Source: Paraspadella gotoi
Taxonomy: Eukaryota; Animalia; Chaetognatha
Length of the DNA: 64,000 nt
Assembly: GCA_051294375.1 (NCBI GenBank)
Contig: JBJCIZ010000239.1
Coordinates: 2,064,581-2,128,580 of the forward strand
Reading direction: 5' to 3'
In this document: one piece after another, positions 52,387 to 64,000 of the stretch
How the letters are laid out: each line of letters opens with the position of its first letter
Position numbering within the stretch: the first letter of the stretch is position 1
The notes under the pieces: generated by a model
What the model saw: the letters and a program-made list of their open reading frames with translations, nothing else
Told to the model about the DNA's origin: nothing
The model's database searches: none
Program-made: the position numbers and the translations under genes

Positions 52387-53082
52387 TCTGAGACCATTGG
52401 AAGACAAATTTGAAATGACCAAATGACAGATTATGGAAAAATTAGGTACAAATTATGTACAAATGACAAATTACTAAAAAAATTGGTTTAATTGCGTAAA
52501 NNNNNNNNNNNNNNNNNNNNNNNNNNNNNNNNNNNNNNNNNNNNNNNNNNNNNNNNNNNNNNNNNNNNNNNNNNNNNNNNNNNNNNNNNNNNNNNNNNNN
52601 NNNNNNNNNNNNNNNNNNNNNNNNNNNNNNNNNNNNNNNNNNNNNNNNNNNNNNNNNNNNNNNNNNNNNNNNNNNNNNNNNNNNNNNNNNNNNNNNNNNN
52701 NNNNNNNNNNNNNNNNNNNNNNNNNNNNNNNNNNNNNNNNNNNNNNNNNNNNNNNNNNNNNNNNNNNNNNNNNNNNNNNNNNNNNNNNNNNNNNNNNNNN
52801 NNNNNNNNNNNNNNNNNNNNNNNNNNNNNNNNNNNNNNNNNNNNNNNNNNNNNNNNNNNNNNNNNNNNNNNNNNNNNNNNNNNNNNNNNNNNNNNNNNNN
52901 NNNNNNNNNNNNNNNNNNNNNNNNNNNNNNNNNNNNNNNNNNNNNNNNNNNNNNNNNNNNNNNNNNNNNNNNNNNNNNNNNNNNNNNNNNNNNNNNNNNN
53001 NNNNNNNNNNNNNNNNNNNNNNNNNNNNNNNNNNNNNNNNNNNNNNNNNNNNNNNNNNNNNNNNNNNNNNNNNNNNNNNNNN

Positions 53083-53116
<34 letters not shown>

Positions 53117-55187
53117 TTCAGTCGGATGCTGCCCCCGGGGACTCGCGCGCATCCCCTTCGGGTCAGGTCGTCTCGGTCGGTCCGTCTGTCTGTCGGTCCG
53201 TCTTTCGGTCTCTTTTTTGTTCTTTGAATCGAATAAAACAAAATTGTCTTTGCTTATGACGAATGATAATGAATCGGTGTCAGGATTAATTGTGATTTCT
53301 CTTCAAGTCGTGAATTCTAGCGGGACAACTTGATGGACAGAGCGACGGACGGACGGACGGACGGACGGACGGACGGACGGATCGGTCCTGGACTGAATGA
53401 TTGAAGTGTTGAATTATTAGAGCAGGGACCCGCGGCGTCATTGTTATTTATTTTTAAACGCTGGATGAATTAAAAAGAAAATGAGTTTTTTGGTATTATT
53501 AGTAGTATTTTAGTATGATAGTGATATTATTTAGTATTATATTCTAGCGTTATATACTATATAGTATTATTTAGTACTATTGTATTATAGTATTATTAGG
53601 ATTATCTACAGAAAAAAGTTAACTATTTTTTGAGGATTTACTTAAACATTAATACACATTTAGTCATTTTTTTTCTTTCATTTATAGTTTTTTTTATTGG
53701 TCAGTATTGTGCCTTTTTTTTAGTTAATTGTTTTTTTAGACGCATCAAATAAAAAAAATATATTTTAATATTTTTCATTTTTCATTATTTATCAATTTTT
53801 ATTATTTATCATTTTTATTGTTTATTCTTTTTTATTCTTTTTTTAATAGTTGATTGTTTTCTATATTTTCATTTTTTTATGAAAAGTAAGTTTTTTTGTC
53901 TTTTTTTGTCTTTTTTTATTTTCGCCGACAAAAAGAAAAAAAATATAAAGTTTCAATCCTAAAATATTTTAGGCGAAAAAAATTAATACATTAATTCTTT
54001 TTTCTTTTGCCATACTTCCGGCGGTAGACGATTTTTTTTTGGGCTTTTTGGTTTAACGAAAGACGAAAATGACAATAAAAGAAGAAGAATCTTCAAGTGG
54101 TCATCGTCGTCGTCGTCGTCGTTATCGTCGGTCATCTCGAAACAAATTGACGGTCATTGTTAATCGGACACTTTTTTTGTTCATCGTCGTCGTCGTCGTC
54201 GTTATCGCGTCGTCGTTATCGTCGTCGTCGTTATCGTCATCGTCGTCGCAAACAAATCGTGTTTCGCGTCAGAGAAGAGTCGAGACTTCGTTGGAAACGG
54301 AATTAAGGTCGTAACGAATCTCGTTAATAGCGGGAAAGGCGAGGTTTTTTTTTTTTGGGGGGGGGAAATCCGGAACTCGTTAAATGCGAGATAAGGCCGA
54401 TAGACAGGAACTTGTTGCACGTCGCTAAATACAACATGCGGATATAGAAGTTATAAAAGAGATTAGTTATCGCGAATTTGATTAAAAAAAAAATGGAACT
54501 ACTAACAAGAAGAAAAATATCAAAAATGTTAATATTATATACATGTATTATATAATATATAATTTATATTTATATATATGAAGATACGTGAAAAATTGAT
54601 TATAGAGGCGTTGAAAGGAAACCTTCCTTTTAAAATTATTATTAATTAATTAATTAGGCAAAGAAATTGAATAAATATCACCAATGTTTTTTGGTAAATC
54701 TATTCGTAAATTTAACGGGAACAAAAAGATTTGGATCATGACCAATTTCCACCCAATATGGTCAAAAGGAAATGTGAACACAAAAACAGAAATGAACTGA
54801 AAGAATAAGAATCGAATCCTGTTACGGAATCGATCGACGAAAAAGACGACGACGACGAAAACGACAACGACGTAGCGACAGTCGACGCGAATGACAAAGA
54901 GAACAAAGGAAAAAAAAAGAAAGAAAAATACGCAAAGATACTTCACGATTTCGTGTTGTTGTTGTCGTCGTTGTTGTCATTCGTAGATACGCTGAGGATC
55001 ATCGTTCTTGTTTGTATAGTCGTCGTCGTCATCTCGTCGTCGTTATCTTGGTCCCCACCTTCCCCATCATCATTATCGCCGTCGTAACCGTAAAAAAGCC
55101 GTCATCTTCTACATCATCAACAACAACAACAAATTGAAGATGAAATGCTCGTCAAGAGAAGTCGAGGGCGTCAACAGCGGGGGATTC

Positions 55188-55226
<39 letters not shown>

Positions 55227-55266
55227 GTTGGCAAGTTTCGAGAGAGTTAACATGGTCGAATTGCTG

Positions 55267-55339
<73 letters not shown>

Positions 55340-55470
55340 CGCCCCTGACCGAATCGGCATTGATGAACCTCGCTTATCTCTGTTTACAAACTTTATCGCG
55401 TATTTGCGCTGAGGCGTCTTGACCTCGGCCCGCATGTCGTGGAAACCTTCTCTCTTCTCTCTCTCTCTCT

Positions 55471-55514
<44 letters not shown>

Positions 55515-55783
55515 ACGTTGTCTCTTTTTATTCCCCTGCAAATGGCCCATCTCATTTTATAGAAATCTTTCTCCTTATCTTTACCCTCCCGTGCAGAACC
55601 CTCTCTCTCTCTATCTCTATTTCTCTCTCTACTCTCTTCTCTCTCTACTCTCTACTCTATACTCTCTCTCCTCTCTACTCTCTCCCTCCCTCTCTCTACT
55701 CTCTACTCTCTCCCTCCCTCCATCCCTCTCTCTCTCTACTCTCTCCCTCCCTTCCTCCCACCTTCTCTCTCCTCCTCCCCCCT

Positions 55784-55845
<62 letters not shown>

Positions 55846-56901
55846 CATCACCGGATTTGGTTTGGATCCACTCTCGTCTTTTAATTTTGAAGACGAGAAC
55901 AAAAAAAATCTGGAAAATGAAGCCAGAACTTTTATTTATTTATTTTTTTTAAATTCTCATTCGTTTTTCTGGTTTTATCTTTTCCCTTTAGGGAATTTTT
56001 TTTATTTTAGAACAAGACAGAGACGGCGGTCCGATCACCGGCCACATTTTTAATTGGAACCATAAAATCATTTGCAGATTGCAGTATATGAATACAGCAA
56101 TACAGGCAGAGGCGGGATAACTCATTTTATGTTTTTCCTAATCAAATATAGTTTAAATATTTTATAAACTTCAGTAAAATTCTTTATTTTTGTACATTAT
56201 ATTGTGGTTGTATTTTTATAGTTTTCGTGAGCATTTCGGTGAAATTTTTAAAGAAATTTAAAAAATATGCGGTCAAATTTACTTTGTTGTTGATACCGTT
56301 GTTGTTTTTCTATTTAATCCTTGAACGTTCTGAACGTTATTTTTTATAGATTCTTAGTTTATAACTTAAAAAACTTATAAAAAATATTGTGTTTATTGAT
56401 ACCGTTGCTGTTCTTCTATTTAACAATTGTGTTTAAATTTTTTTTGTTATTAATAAAAAAAAATTCTCGGCCTTTTGACCAAAAAAAAAAAAAAAAAATA
56501 CTGTGTTGTCCTTTACTAAGTGTATATGTTGTTATGCCACTTTTACTTTTGTCATGGGATCGAATTTTAGTTGAACACCTAATTCATAATTATGAAACAA
56601 GCAAAGGAGCACCTCAGTTGTATAACCTTCTCTTTAATATTAATTAAAATAATGCGAGTTATAAGTATTTGAAAGGTAACGAGAGAGCGACCGCCAGTAC
56701 ATATTTTTTTTCTCGGTATTTGTGCGTTTGTTTATGTCACGAGTTCAAAAAAAATTTCACAAAATTCACTTTTTGAAACTTTTTTTGGGGTCTGATTCTA
56801 AAAATTAATCACACGTTCGTGAATTCCGTGAGGAATTTCTTTCGTTGAAAAATTTTCACGGAGACTCGCTCTCCATTATTGTTTTTTTATAAATGATACG
56901 G

Positions 56902-56964
<63 letters not shown>

Positions 56965-57115
56965 GAATGCATTGAATAGTTTCTTAAATCGTTACTCATT
57001 TATCACAAATCTTGATACAAAGCGAGGACGTGCCAACTGGTCGTCGTCGTCGTCGTCGTCGTCGTCGCTTTCATCTCAGTCTTTTACTCAATTCACGGAA
57101 ATCGTCGCATGGATT

Positions 57116-57151
<36 letters not shown>

Positions 57152-57692
57152 CTTGCCGAAGTCATACGTCAAATATTTCAGTGGACAATCAGAGAGAAAA
57201 GGAGGGGAAAAAAGAGGAAAAAAGAGAGAGAGAGAAGAGAAGAGAGAGAGAGAGAGAGAAGAGAGAGAGAAGAGAGAGAATGTGTCTCGATAAGATTAGA
57301 GAAATTCTTGAACATGACTGCGATTCGATAAGAATGACAATATTTAAAAGTTTTTATTTTAAAAAGTTAATATTTAAAAGTTAATAAGTTGTCTCATAAG
57401 TAACAGATGCAAATGCAAATGCAAACAGATTTGTAATAATTTTTTTAGTGATAAGAGAGAGACTTAGATTTTAAAAAGGATTTCTTTTAGACTTTGATTT
57501 TGGGTTAGATCTCGACCCTCAATTTATTGAATGTGAATCAACTTGTTTCTCTTACCTCTATTAATTACTACTACTACTACTTTATACTACTCTATTTACT
57601 CTTTTTTTATCCATTTTTTTAAACCAATCCTGCTTTTACCGCGTCAAGCGAAAATTCATTGCTCAGGTCCATAATTTGGAATGAGTCAGGAG

Positions 57693-57771
57693 GGTAGCGT
57701 GGCCGAGTGTCTAAGGCGCTGGTTTAAGCACCAGTCTCTTCGGAGGCGTGGGTTCGAATCCACCGCTGCCA
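57693..57771 (+). tRNA. tRNA-Leu(AAG)
   Basis: GGTAGCG...CGCTGCCA with a long variable arm. The loop TTAAGC is 1 nt short, probably a homopolymer loss. Confidence 0.85.
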
Positions 57772-57866
57772 TAACTTTTACGTAAATCTATTAAATGAAT
57801 TAATTTAAATTAATCAAACGCAGTAAACAACAAACAACAAACAGATAAGGATTAAAAAGGAAATAA

Positions 57867-57949
57867 TGTCAGGAGTGGGATTCGAACCCACGCCCACAGA
57901 AGTGGACTGCGACCTGAACGCAGCGCTTAGACCGCTCGGCCATCCTGAC
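57867..57949 (-). tRNA. tRNA-Leu(CAG)
   Basis: GTCAGGATGGCCGAGCGGTCTAAG...TTCAGGT...GGTTCGAATCCCACTCCTGACA. Confidence 0.92.
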
Positions 57950-58263
57950 TGCACAACTTAATAATATCATAAATTATCATAGAGCATACAATTATTGATT
58001 GAATATTTTCATACTTGTGTAACAAATAAAAATATATAAAAATTTCAGCTTTATTACAGAAATTTAGAGAGAGAGATAAAGAAGCAATGCAATTCTTGTT
58101 ACAACTGTTACGACTGTGTGATATCTTGAACGGATCTATATCGAATGGCAATCGAACGCGAATAAAAAGTGAGAGGAATGTGATAAACCGCTGCAAATGA
58201 TGAACACAAACAAACTTCGACGAAGATAATGTCTCTAACAAGACGCAAAAAATATGAAAAACC

Positions 58264-58335
58264 TGGAGGATCCGGGTATCGATCCGGTACTTCTCGCATG
58301 CTAAGCGAGCGCTCTACCATTTGAGCTAATCCCCC
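58264..58335 (-). tRNA. tRNA-Ala(AGC)
   Basis: GGGGGATTAGCTCAAATGGTAGAGCGCTCGCTTAGCATGCGAG...TCCTCCA. Confidence 0.9.
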
Positions 58336-58823
58336 ACTGAGGGAACTAAGTTAGCTTACTATTTTTATAATTGTTTCTTGGTCAATCAACCCATAACGAA
58401 AATTGAAGATGAGCTGACCCAATCAACAAGTTTAGTTTTGGGTCTGAAGTCATTTGTGACGTCAAATTGAACATTTTCTCTCGTTTCATACCTTGACTCT
58501 ATCGTAATTATTAATTATTAATTCTTTATTGTTTTTTGAAAGCTTAAAAATAATATCATACGTAAAATATTTTTAATAAAATATAAAGAAATATTTTTCA
58601 GAATAAAACTGGGGGAAAAGGCCACACAAGTCATTTCACATTTGTTTAAATAACTATATGTAATTTTTTAAAAATATAACTGAGACATAATTCTTAATGA
58701 TATGGAACCACCCGGCAAGTTAAAATATATGTTATTGTTAACTTTTTTAAAGCATGACTTTCAGAACGTTTCGTTCTGACTTTGGAATACGTACGAAACA
58801 TTCTCGGCCTGATATGTCAGGAT

Positions 58824-58893
58824 GGCTCGTTGGTCTAGGGGTATGATTCTCGCTTGGGTGCAAGAGGTCCCGGTTCAAATCCCGGACGAGCCC
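58824..58893 (+). tRNA. tRNA-Pro (NGG, probably TGG)
   Basis: GGCTCGTTGGTCTAGGGGTATGATTCTCGC...CGAGCCC. The loop TTGGGT lacks one base, so position 34 is ambiguous. Confidence 0.85.
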
Positions 58894-58935
58894 AATTTTG
58901 TTAATTACCAGAAAATTTTTTTAAAAGAACTAAAA

Positions 58936-59009
58936 TGGCCAGTGTGGGGATCGAACCCGCGACCTTGGCGTTATTAGCACCACGCTCTAACCAGCTGAGC
59001 TAACCGGCC
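58936..59009 (-). tRNA. tRNA-Ile(AAT)
   Basis: GGCCGGTTAGCTCAGCTGGTTAGAGCGTGGTGCTAATAACGCCAAGGTCGCGGGTTCGATCCCCACACTGGCCA. Confidence 0.95.
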
Positions 59010-59219
59010 ATGTAAAATTGTCAAATGTTGGTTTCAGTAACTATAGTATAGAGATTTATACATTTCTTCTAATACATTTAAGGAGTTGAAATTTTATAAT
59101 TTTGGCTTTCCTTTGAATTTACCTATTCAATGTTCAAGCTTCAATGAATATTTGTATTATTTATGCCAAAGCAAAGGCAACCATACGACATATACATCAT
59201 GAATTGCTGAGCTATTAGA

Positions 59220-59292
59220 GGTGCTGTGGTGTAGTGGTTATCACATCTGCCTAACACGCAGAAGGTCCCCGGTTCGAAACCGGGCAGTACCT
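59220..59292 (+). tRNA. tRNA-Val(AAC)
   Basis: GGTGCTG/CAGTACC stem, loop CTAACAC, GGTTCGAAACC, short T run downstream. Confidence 0.9.
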
Positions 59293-59435
59293 GTTTTCAT
59301 GTTTTATTTATTGGTGTTTATGTTGAATTAGAATAGTTTTGATAAATGAAAATTGAAATAGAATTTCGAGAGTTTTTTATCAATATTTTTTGCGTTTTTT
59401 TAATTATATCACACTCTGGAGACCCCGCACTTACA

Positions 59436-59506
59436 GCCGTGATAGTATAGTTGTAGTACTTCGCGTTGTGGCCGCGACAACCCAGGTTCGAATCCTGGTC
59501 ACGGCA
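59436..59506 (+). tRNA. tRNA-His(GTG)
   Basis: GCCGTGA/TCACGGC stem, loop TTGTGGC, T5 downstream. Confidence 0.9.
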
Positions 59507-59993
59507 TTATTTTTGGCCTGTAACTCGTAATTTCTCTATGAAATTCGTACAACCAATAAATAATTATCCATTTATTTAATAAGCTATCTTGCCCCTGACT
59601 TTGGACAGGGCTTTGGTGGTTTTAAGGCCTCCATCACTCTTACAAGATAATGACATAGCAGGTCCCTGCAAGCTTTCAATCAAGGACTCTCTCACTGTCT
59701 CATTTATTCACTCCCAGAGTAAATGGCTTCTCTATCAATGAAAGTGGTATAATATGTCAAAGAATGTTACAATTGTATGAAAATACCACTCCATTAAGTA
59801 TGATGATGATGTCATAAAACAAGTTAAAAGTCCGCGCCCGATTGAATAATGTACTAGATATCAATTAATAACAATTAAATATTAAGATCCCTGCAAAAGC
59901 AATTTCAATTCCCAATTGGCAGTTTATCTATAACTTATATGAAAATGGTACAACAATATATATATCAATCAATATATCTTGAAAGCATAAAAA

Positions 59994-60067
59994 TGTTCCC
60001 GCCCGGGATCGAACCGGGGACCTTGCGCGTGTGAGGCGCACGTGATAACCGCTTACACCACGAGAAC
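59994..60067 (-). tRNA. tRNA-Val(CAC)
   Basis: GTTCTCGTGGTGTAAGCGGTTATCACGTGCGCCTCACACGCGCA...GGGAACA. Confidence 0.9.
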
Positions 60068-60199
60068 ACAGGATAGTCGTGAAATGATAAAATGTTATCA
60101 ATTATTCCAGCCTCAAATTCTTAAATAGAATACAAAATTGTACTCAATTGCACTAAAAACATATTTTATTAATTTAAAGTATTTTTTAAAATAAAATAT

Positions 60200-60274
60200 C
60201 GTCCCTGGGTGGGCTCGAACCACCAATCCTTTCGGTTAAACAGCCGAACGCGCTAACGATTGCGCCACAGAGAC
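60200..60274 (-). tRNA. tRNA-Asn(GTT)
   Basis: GTCTCTGTGGCGCAATCG...TTCGGCTGTT(T)AACCGAA...CCCAGGGACG; one extra T in the loop. Confidence 0.88.
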
Positions 60275-61423
60275 AGGCTACTTTAGGGAAAAGATAAATA
60301 ATGTCAATAAAATATTCTACAAATAAATAATATCGAAATTCGGTTGTATCAATTGACATTCGAAAAGTGATTGACATATAAAACAAGTTTGAGCAAACAA
60401 TTCCCACGATCATTATCATCAAATAATTAATAATAAATTAAATAATTAATATTAATTTTTTAATATAGTTATAGTTATAGTTAATTACGAGTTTCTCATT
60501 AATGATTTCCAACAGGAATGATGTACGATATCTATTAAAAACTGGAACAGGAAAAGTAATCTAACCTTTGTGTGTGTAGATGCACCCTTTATTTCCAGAA
60601 GACAACACTAAGTCCCTGTCCCAAACAGATAAATAATATTATATTTAAATATTTAACACAAAATATTTTAAAAAATAAATAAATCATAAATAATAGTAAT
60701 TTAAATCTAAAAATAAAAAATAAAATAAAGATAGTAGTTTGCAACTTTGCAATTTCATAGAAGAGAGTTAAAAACAATAATTAAACTTATGCTCAACTTT
60801 TTATACAAAGTGAGAAGGAAGCAAAGAAGGGCATTGTGCCTGCATGACTTATGCAATAATATCCAGATAATAACGTGACTATTCAAGTCTGAAATATGAT
60901 AAACAGCCTTCATATCTCGATCTAAAACTATTCCAAACTAGATTTATAAAGGATTGACTTTCGGTATGAAAAATTTACATTGCATTGCCTCGACCCCTCT
61001 TACAACATTATATTAATTATTTAATACCACTGTAGAAAATATTTTAATATTTTCTATAACCAGCGCGAGATCGAACGTTTAAAGTTTGAAATTTCGCCCA
61101 AAACGAATTCATGGGAAAAAGTCACTTTGTTTATTTAATAATTTATTTAAGGAAAATCCCCTAGTAACTCGTAAGACAGAGTTTCCTCCGGCGAACACAT
61201 TCAATGAGTTTTAAAACGAAACTAACTTCATATCAAAAATCTCTCTCGGAATACGAGTGGCCAATGAAAATATGAGGGACCGAAATGTAGACCTTAGAAT
61301 TGGCCAAACGAACTTAAATAGAGAGGCAAGGCGTGACATCTTTATCAACCACAGTTAACTATAATAGTATTATGGTATTCTTAGTCGCAAAATAACTTGG
61401 CTGGAGTGTAAAAACAAGAAAAG

Positions 61424-61494
61424 TTCCCATGCGGGGAATCGAACCCCGGCCGCGCGGTGAGAGCGCCGAATCCTAACCACTAGACCACATGGGA
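61424..61494 (-). tRNA. tRNA-Glu(CTC)
   Basis: Same as 28925-28996 apart from a 1-nt deletion. Confidence 0.9.
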
Positions 61495-61658
61495 GGTCTG
61501 AATGTTCTTTGTTTATGCGAATAATTGAAGGAATCAATGAATTTTTTAAAAAATTTAGAAATATATTCATTTATTATATGAAAGTAAAAATAGTAAAATT
61601 GATCCCGCATATTAAATCATATAAATCAAGATTAAATCTAAAAGACGAAACAAAAAGT

Positions 61659-61728
61659 TGCATCGGCCGGGAAATCGAACCGGGCCGCCCGCGTGGCAGG
61701 CGAGCATTCTACACTGAACCACCGATGC
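61659..61728 (-). tRNA. tRNA-Gly(GCC)
   Basis: GCATCGGTGGTTCAGTG...CTGCCAC...CCGATGCA, followed by a T run. Confidence 0.9.
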
Positions 61729-62001
61729 TTGTAACCTTAGTTATGTCGAAATTATATCAGAACAAAGATCATATTTTAAAACATTTTACAATTGGCCGTT
61801 TTCAGCATGTGTTCCATTTAAAAATATTTTGTCATCCATTTTTTTCAAATATAAAAAAATCAATATTTATTTATTAAATAGAAATTAACATCAACTTTAA
61901 TACATTGGTTCTAAAACATTTCTTTGATATCGTAAAATGTCAAAAGTTCAAGATGACATTAACTAAGCGAAATAACGGTTAAAACTTCACCTAAAAATTG
62001 G

Positions 62002-62072
62002 TACCCCGGTGGGACTCGAACCCACAATCCCTGGCTTAGAGGCCAATGCCTTATCCATTAGGCCACGAGGGC
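62002..62072 (-). tRNA. tRNA-Arg (probably CCT)
   Basis: GCCCTCGTGGCCTAATGGATAAGGCATTGGCCTCTAAGCCAGGGATTGTGGGTTCGAGTCCC. The body is of the animal Arg-CCT type; the loop is 1 nt short. Confidence 0.83.
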
Positions 62073-63075
62073 TCACTGATCAACTCATCTCATGTTATTA
62101 TTAAATTTTCATGAAGATGTTGGGGAATTTCTTGTGGTCAAATTTCTGTACTATATAATTGAATAAAATTACTGAGAATAATGTAAAAAGGTTAAAAGCT
62201 TGTGTTCTTCATCACCAACACAAGCAGGCCATTATTCCTAAATAATTTCTACATAATTACTTACATCTTCATTGGAAGAGTTTGAAATGAATTTTCAACA
62301 ACGATTTTATTTTAATAAAAAACGGACATGTTTCGGCTTAAAAACGACTAATGCATAAAAGTGGATGGTATTTTACTAATTATATGTCGACTGAATTATT
62401 GGAGAAAATTTTTATTTCTATTTTATATTTGCAACGAAAAAAATATTTTATTTTATCCACGTATTAATTTGCGCGAAATAACAGACGTTACAAAATAAGG
62501 AAAAAGAAGTGTGAGCGAAATAGAGAGAGAAAGCAGTTAAAAGTATTACAAAGAAATGAGGAAAAGAGAAACCATAAGATCTGGATAAAGAAAAAGAAAG
62601 AGATCCAGTAGCAACATTTTTAAGTACAGTGGAGAACCGATTTAGTGCAAAAAATATAACATATAACAATTAGAGAATTTACATTTTACAATTTAAAAAA
62701 GTATTAAAATTTTAAAATTAAAAAAAAAAGAAAATATGAGAAGAAATAAAGTGAAATTAAACGTAAATGAAAGAAGCTAAAATGTGCTGCCCCCCCTCTT
62801 TTTATCGCCTGATAGTGATAAGGATAAAGCTGGTCTTTGAAAGGGCCATACAACTTTATTTGCAGAATACCAAATGCCACTTGAATATTTCTAAGTCCTC
62901 AGGAACTTCCTGAAGCTTTGTCGTCTTCTTCCCGTTGAGGGGAATCGGCTGAGTCTCCTTTGGGTAACATTAACGTTCGAATCTTCGATGATAACTTTAT
63001 TTTTTGCTCAGTAATGTCTTTTCTTAGTTTAATAATCGAAAGAATTTGTTTAAACTAAATCTATTTCCACCAGTC

Positions 63076-63152
63076 GGCGCCATGGCTTAGTTGGTTAAAG
63101 CGCCCTGTCTAGTAAAACAGGAAGATCCCGAGTTCGAATCTCGGTGGTGCCT
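63076..63152 (+). tRNA. tRNA-Thr(AGT)
   Basis: GGCGCCA/TGGTGCC stem, CTAGTAA loop and an oligo-T Pol III terminator; small insertions. Confidence 0.88.
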
Positions 63153-64000
63153 TTTTTTTTCAAATTTATTTCTATAATTATACCCACATGATGAATACAG
63201 AAGTAGAAGTTAAGCTTATCGATATTTTTAAAATTCTATGATACTAATGATATTAATATGATATTAATGATAATAATAATAATAATATGATATGAAATTG
63301 CTTATACCAGACGGAAAAAACATTAAAATAAACATGACAATTATACAAATTTGTCAATATTTTAGTAATTTATACATCTAAAGTTTATACATGTACTCAC
63401 CTTGACTTCTCGGCGTTAAAATTCTAAATAAAAGCATCTCAAACAAAACCTCGTACGGTTTAAAGATCGTTTATCGAATCGAAAAGATCTTACTGCGTCC
63501 GAAATCGTTTTTTTCGTGTTTTTTTTTTCTTTTTGGTCCTGCATCAACGAATCCATCAAAGAACAGATTTCCAAACATTGAAAAAAATAACTACTGGAGT
63601 TTCAACTTCAACAAATTCATTGTTTTTTGGAATATCTTTTCAGGTTTGTATTTTAAATATGTTAAATGAAACGTTGATTGACAAAAAAATTACCTTTAGA
63701 TTAAAATTATCATTTTTTAAGATATAAAGTATTGCAGTTGGTAAAAATATTGGGAATTGAGAGTGGACCCGACTTGTTATTCATACTCGTCAACCGACAA
63801 GACTTTATAATAATTTTTTTGCGCTTTTCATTGTTTAATCAGGTTTTTGATTAAATTATGATTAGTGAACTGGATATCAAAAAACAAGTTTGAGCAAACA
63901 ATGTCGGATCTGCTTACGATAATTAAGCGGTAATCAGCTAATCAGATGATAAATCACAATTTTTAAAATCTTTTTTAACTCGCATCATTTTTTTCACTCA

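Noticed and set aside
58816-58826. GTCAGGATGGC, identical to the tRNA-Leu(CAG) 5' end, overlapping the tRNA-Pro start
   Set aside because: Only 11 nt, three of them belonging to tRNA-Pro; compatible with chance.
62321-62345. Minus-strand GCCGAAACATGTCCGT hammerhead half
   Set aside because: No CTGANGA core upstream; at most a PLE relic.

Overview
Metazoan nuclear DNA with microsatellite-rich introns, GC-rich exons, several N gaps and patches of indel-rich, apparently unpolished long-read sequence. About 1-49 kb is the 5' part of a minus-strand laminin gamma gene, present as several redundant copies. The best copy has exons 1-11 (signal peptide, LN domain, LE repeats, start of L4) from 40443 down to 18955; 1-5256 repeats 13270-18525 with no difference I could find. 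Its introns hold a 5'-truncated Penelope-like element (GIY-YIG C-terminus, inverted pseudo-LTRs, minimal hammerhead ribozymes), a tRNA-derived SINE, a MITE with TTAGG-like filling and a tRNA-Glu(CTC). One copy of intron 1 also carries a 7.0 kb LTR element (32087-39091) with TG..CA ends, a 5-bp TSD, a tRNA-Ile-like PBS and a PPT. I can recognise no gag/pol in it, but it carries an orphan GC-rich 258-codon frame broken by a single TGA; this is the best novelty candidate. 57.7-63.2 kb is a cluster of 13 tRNA genes, each with a different anticodon. Most ORFs in the supplied track are microsatellite or gap artefacts.
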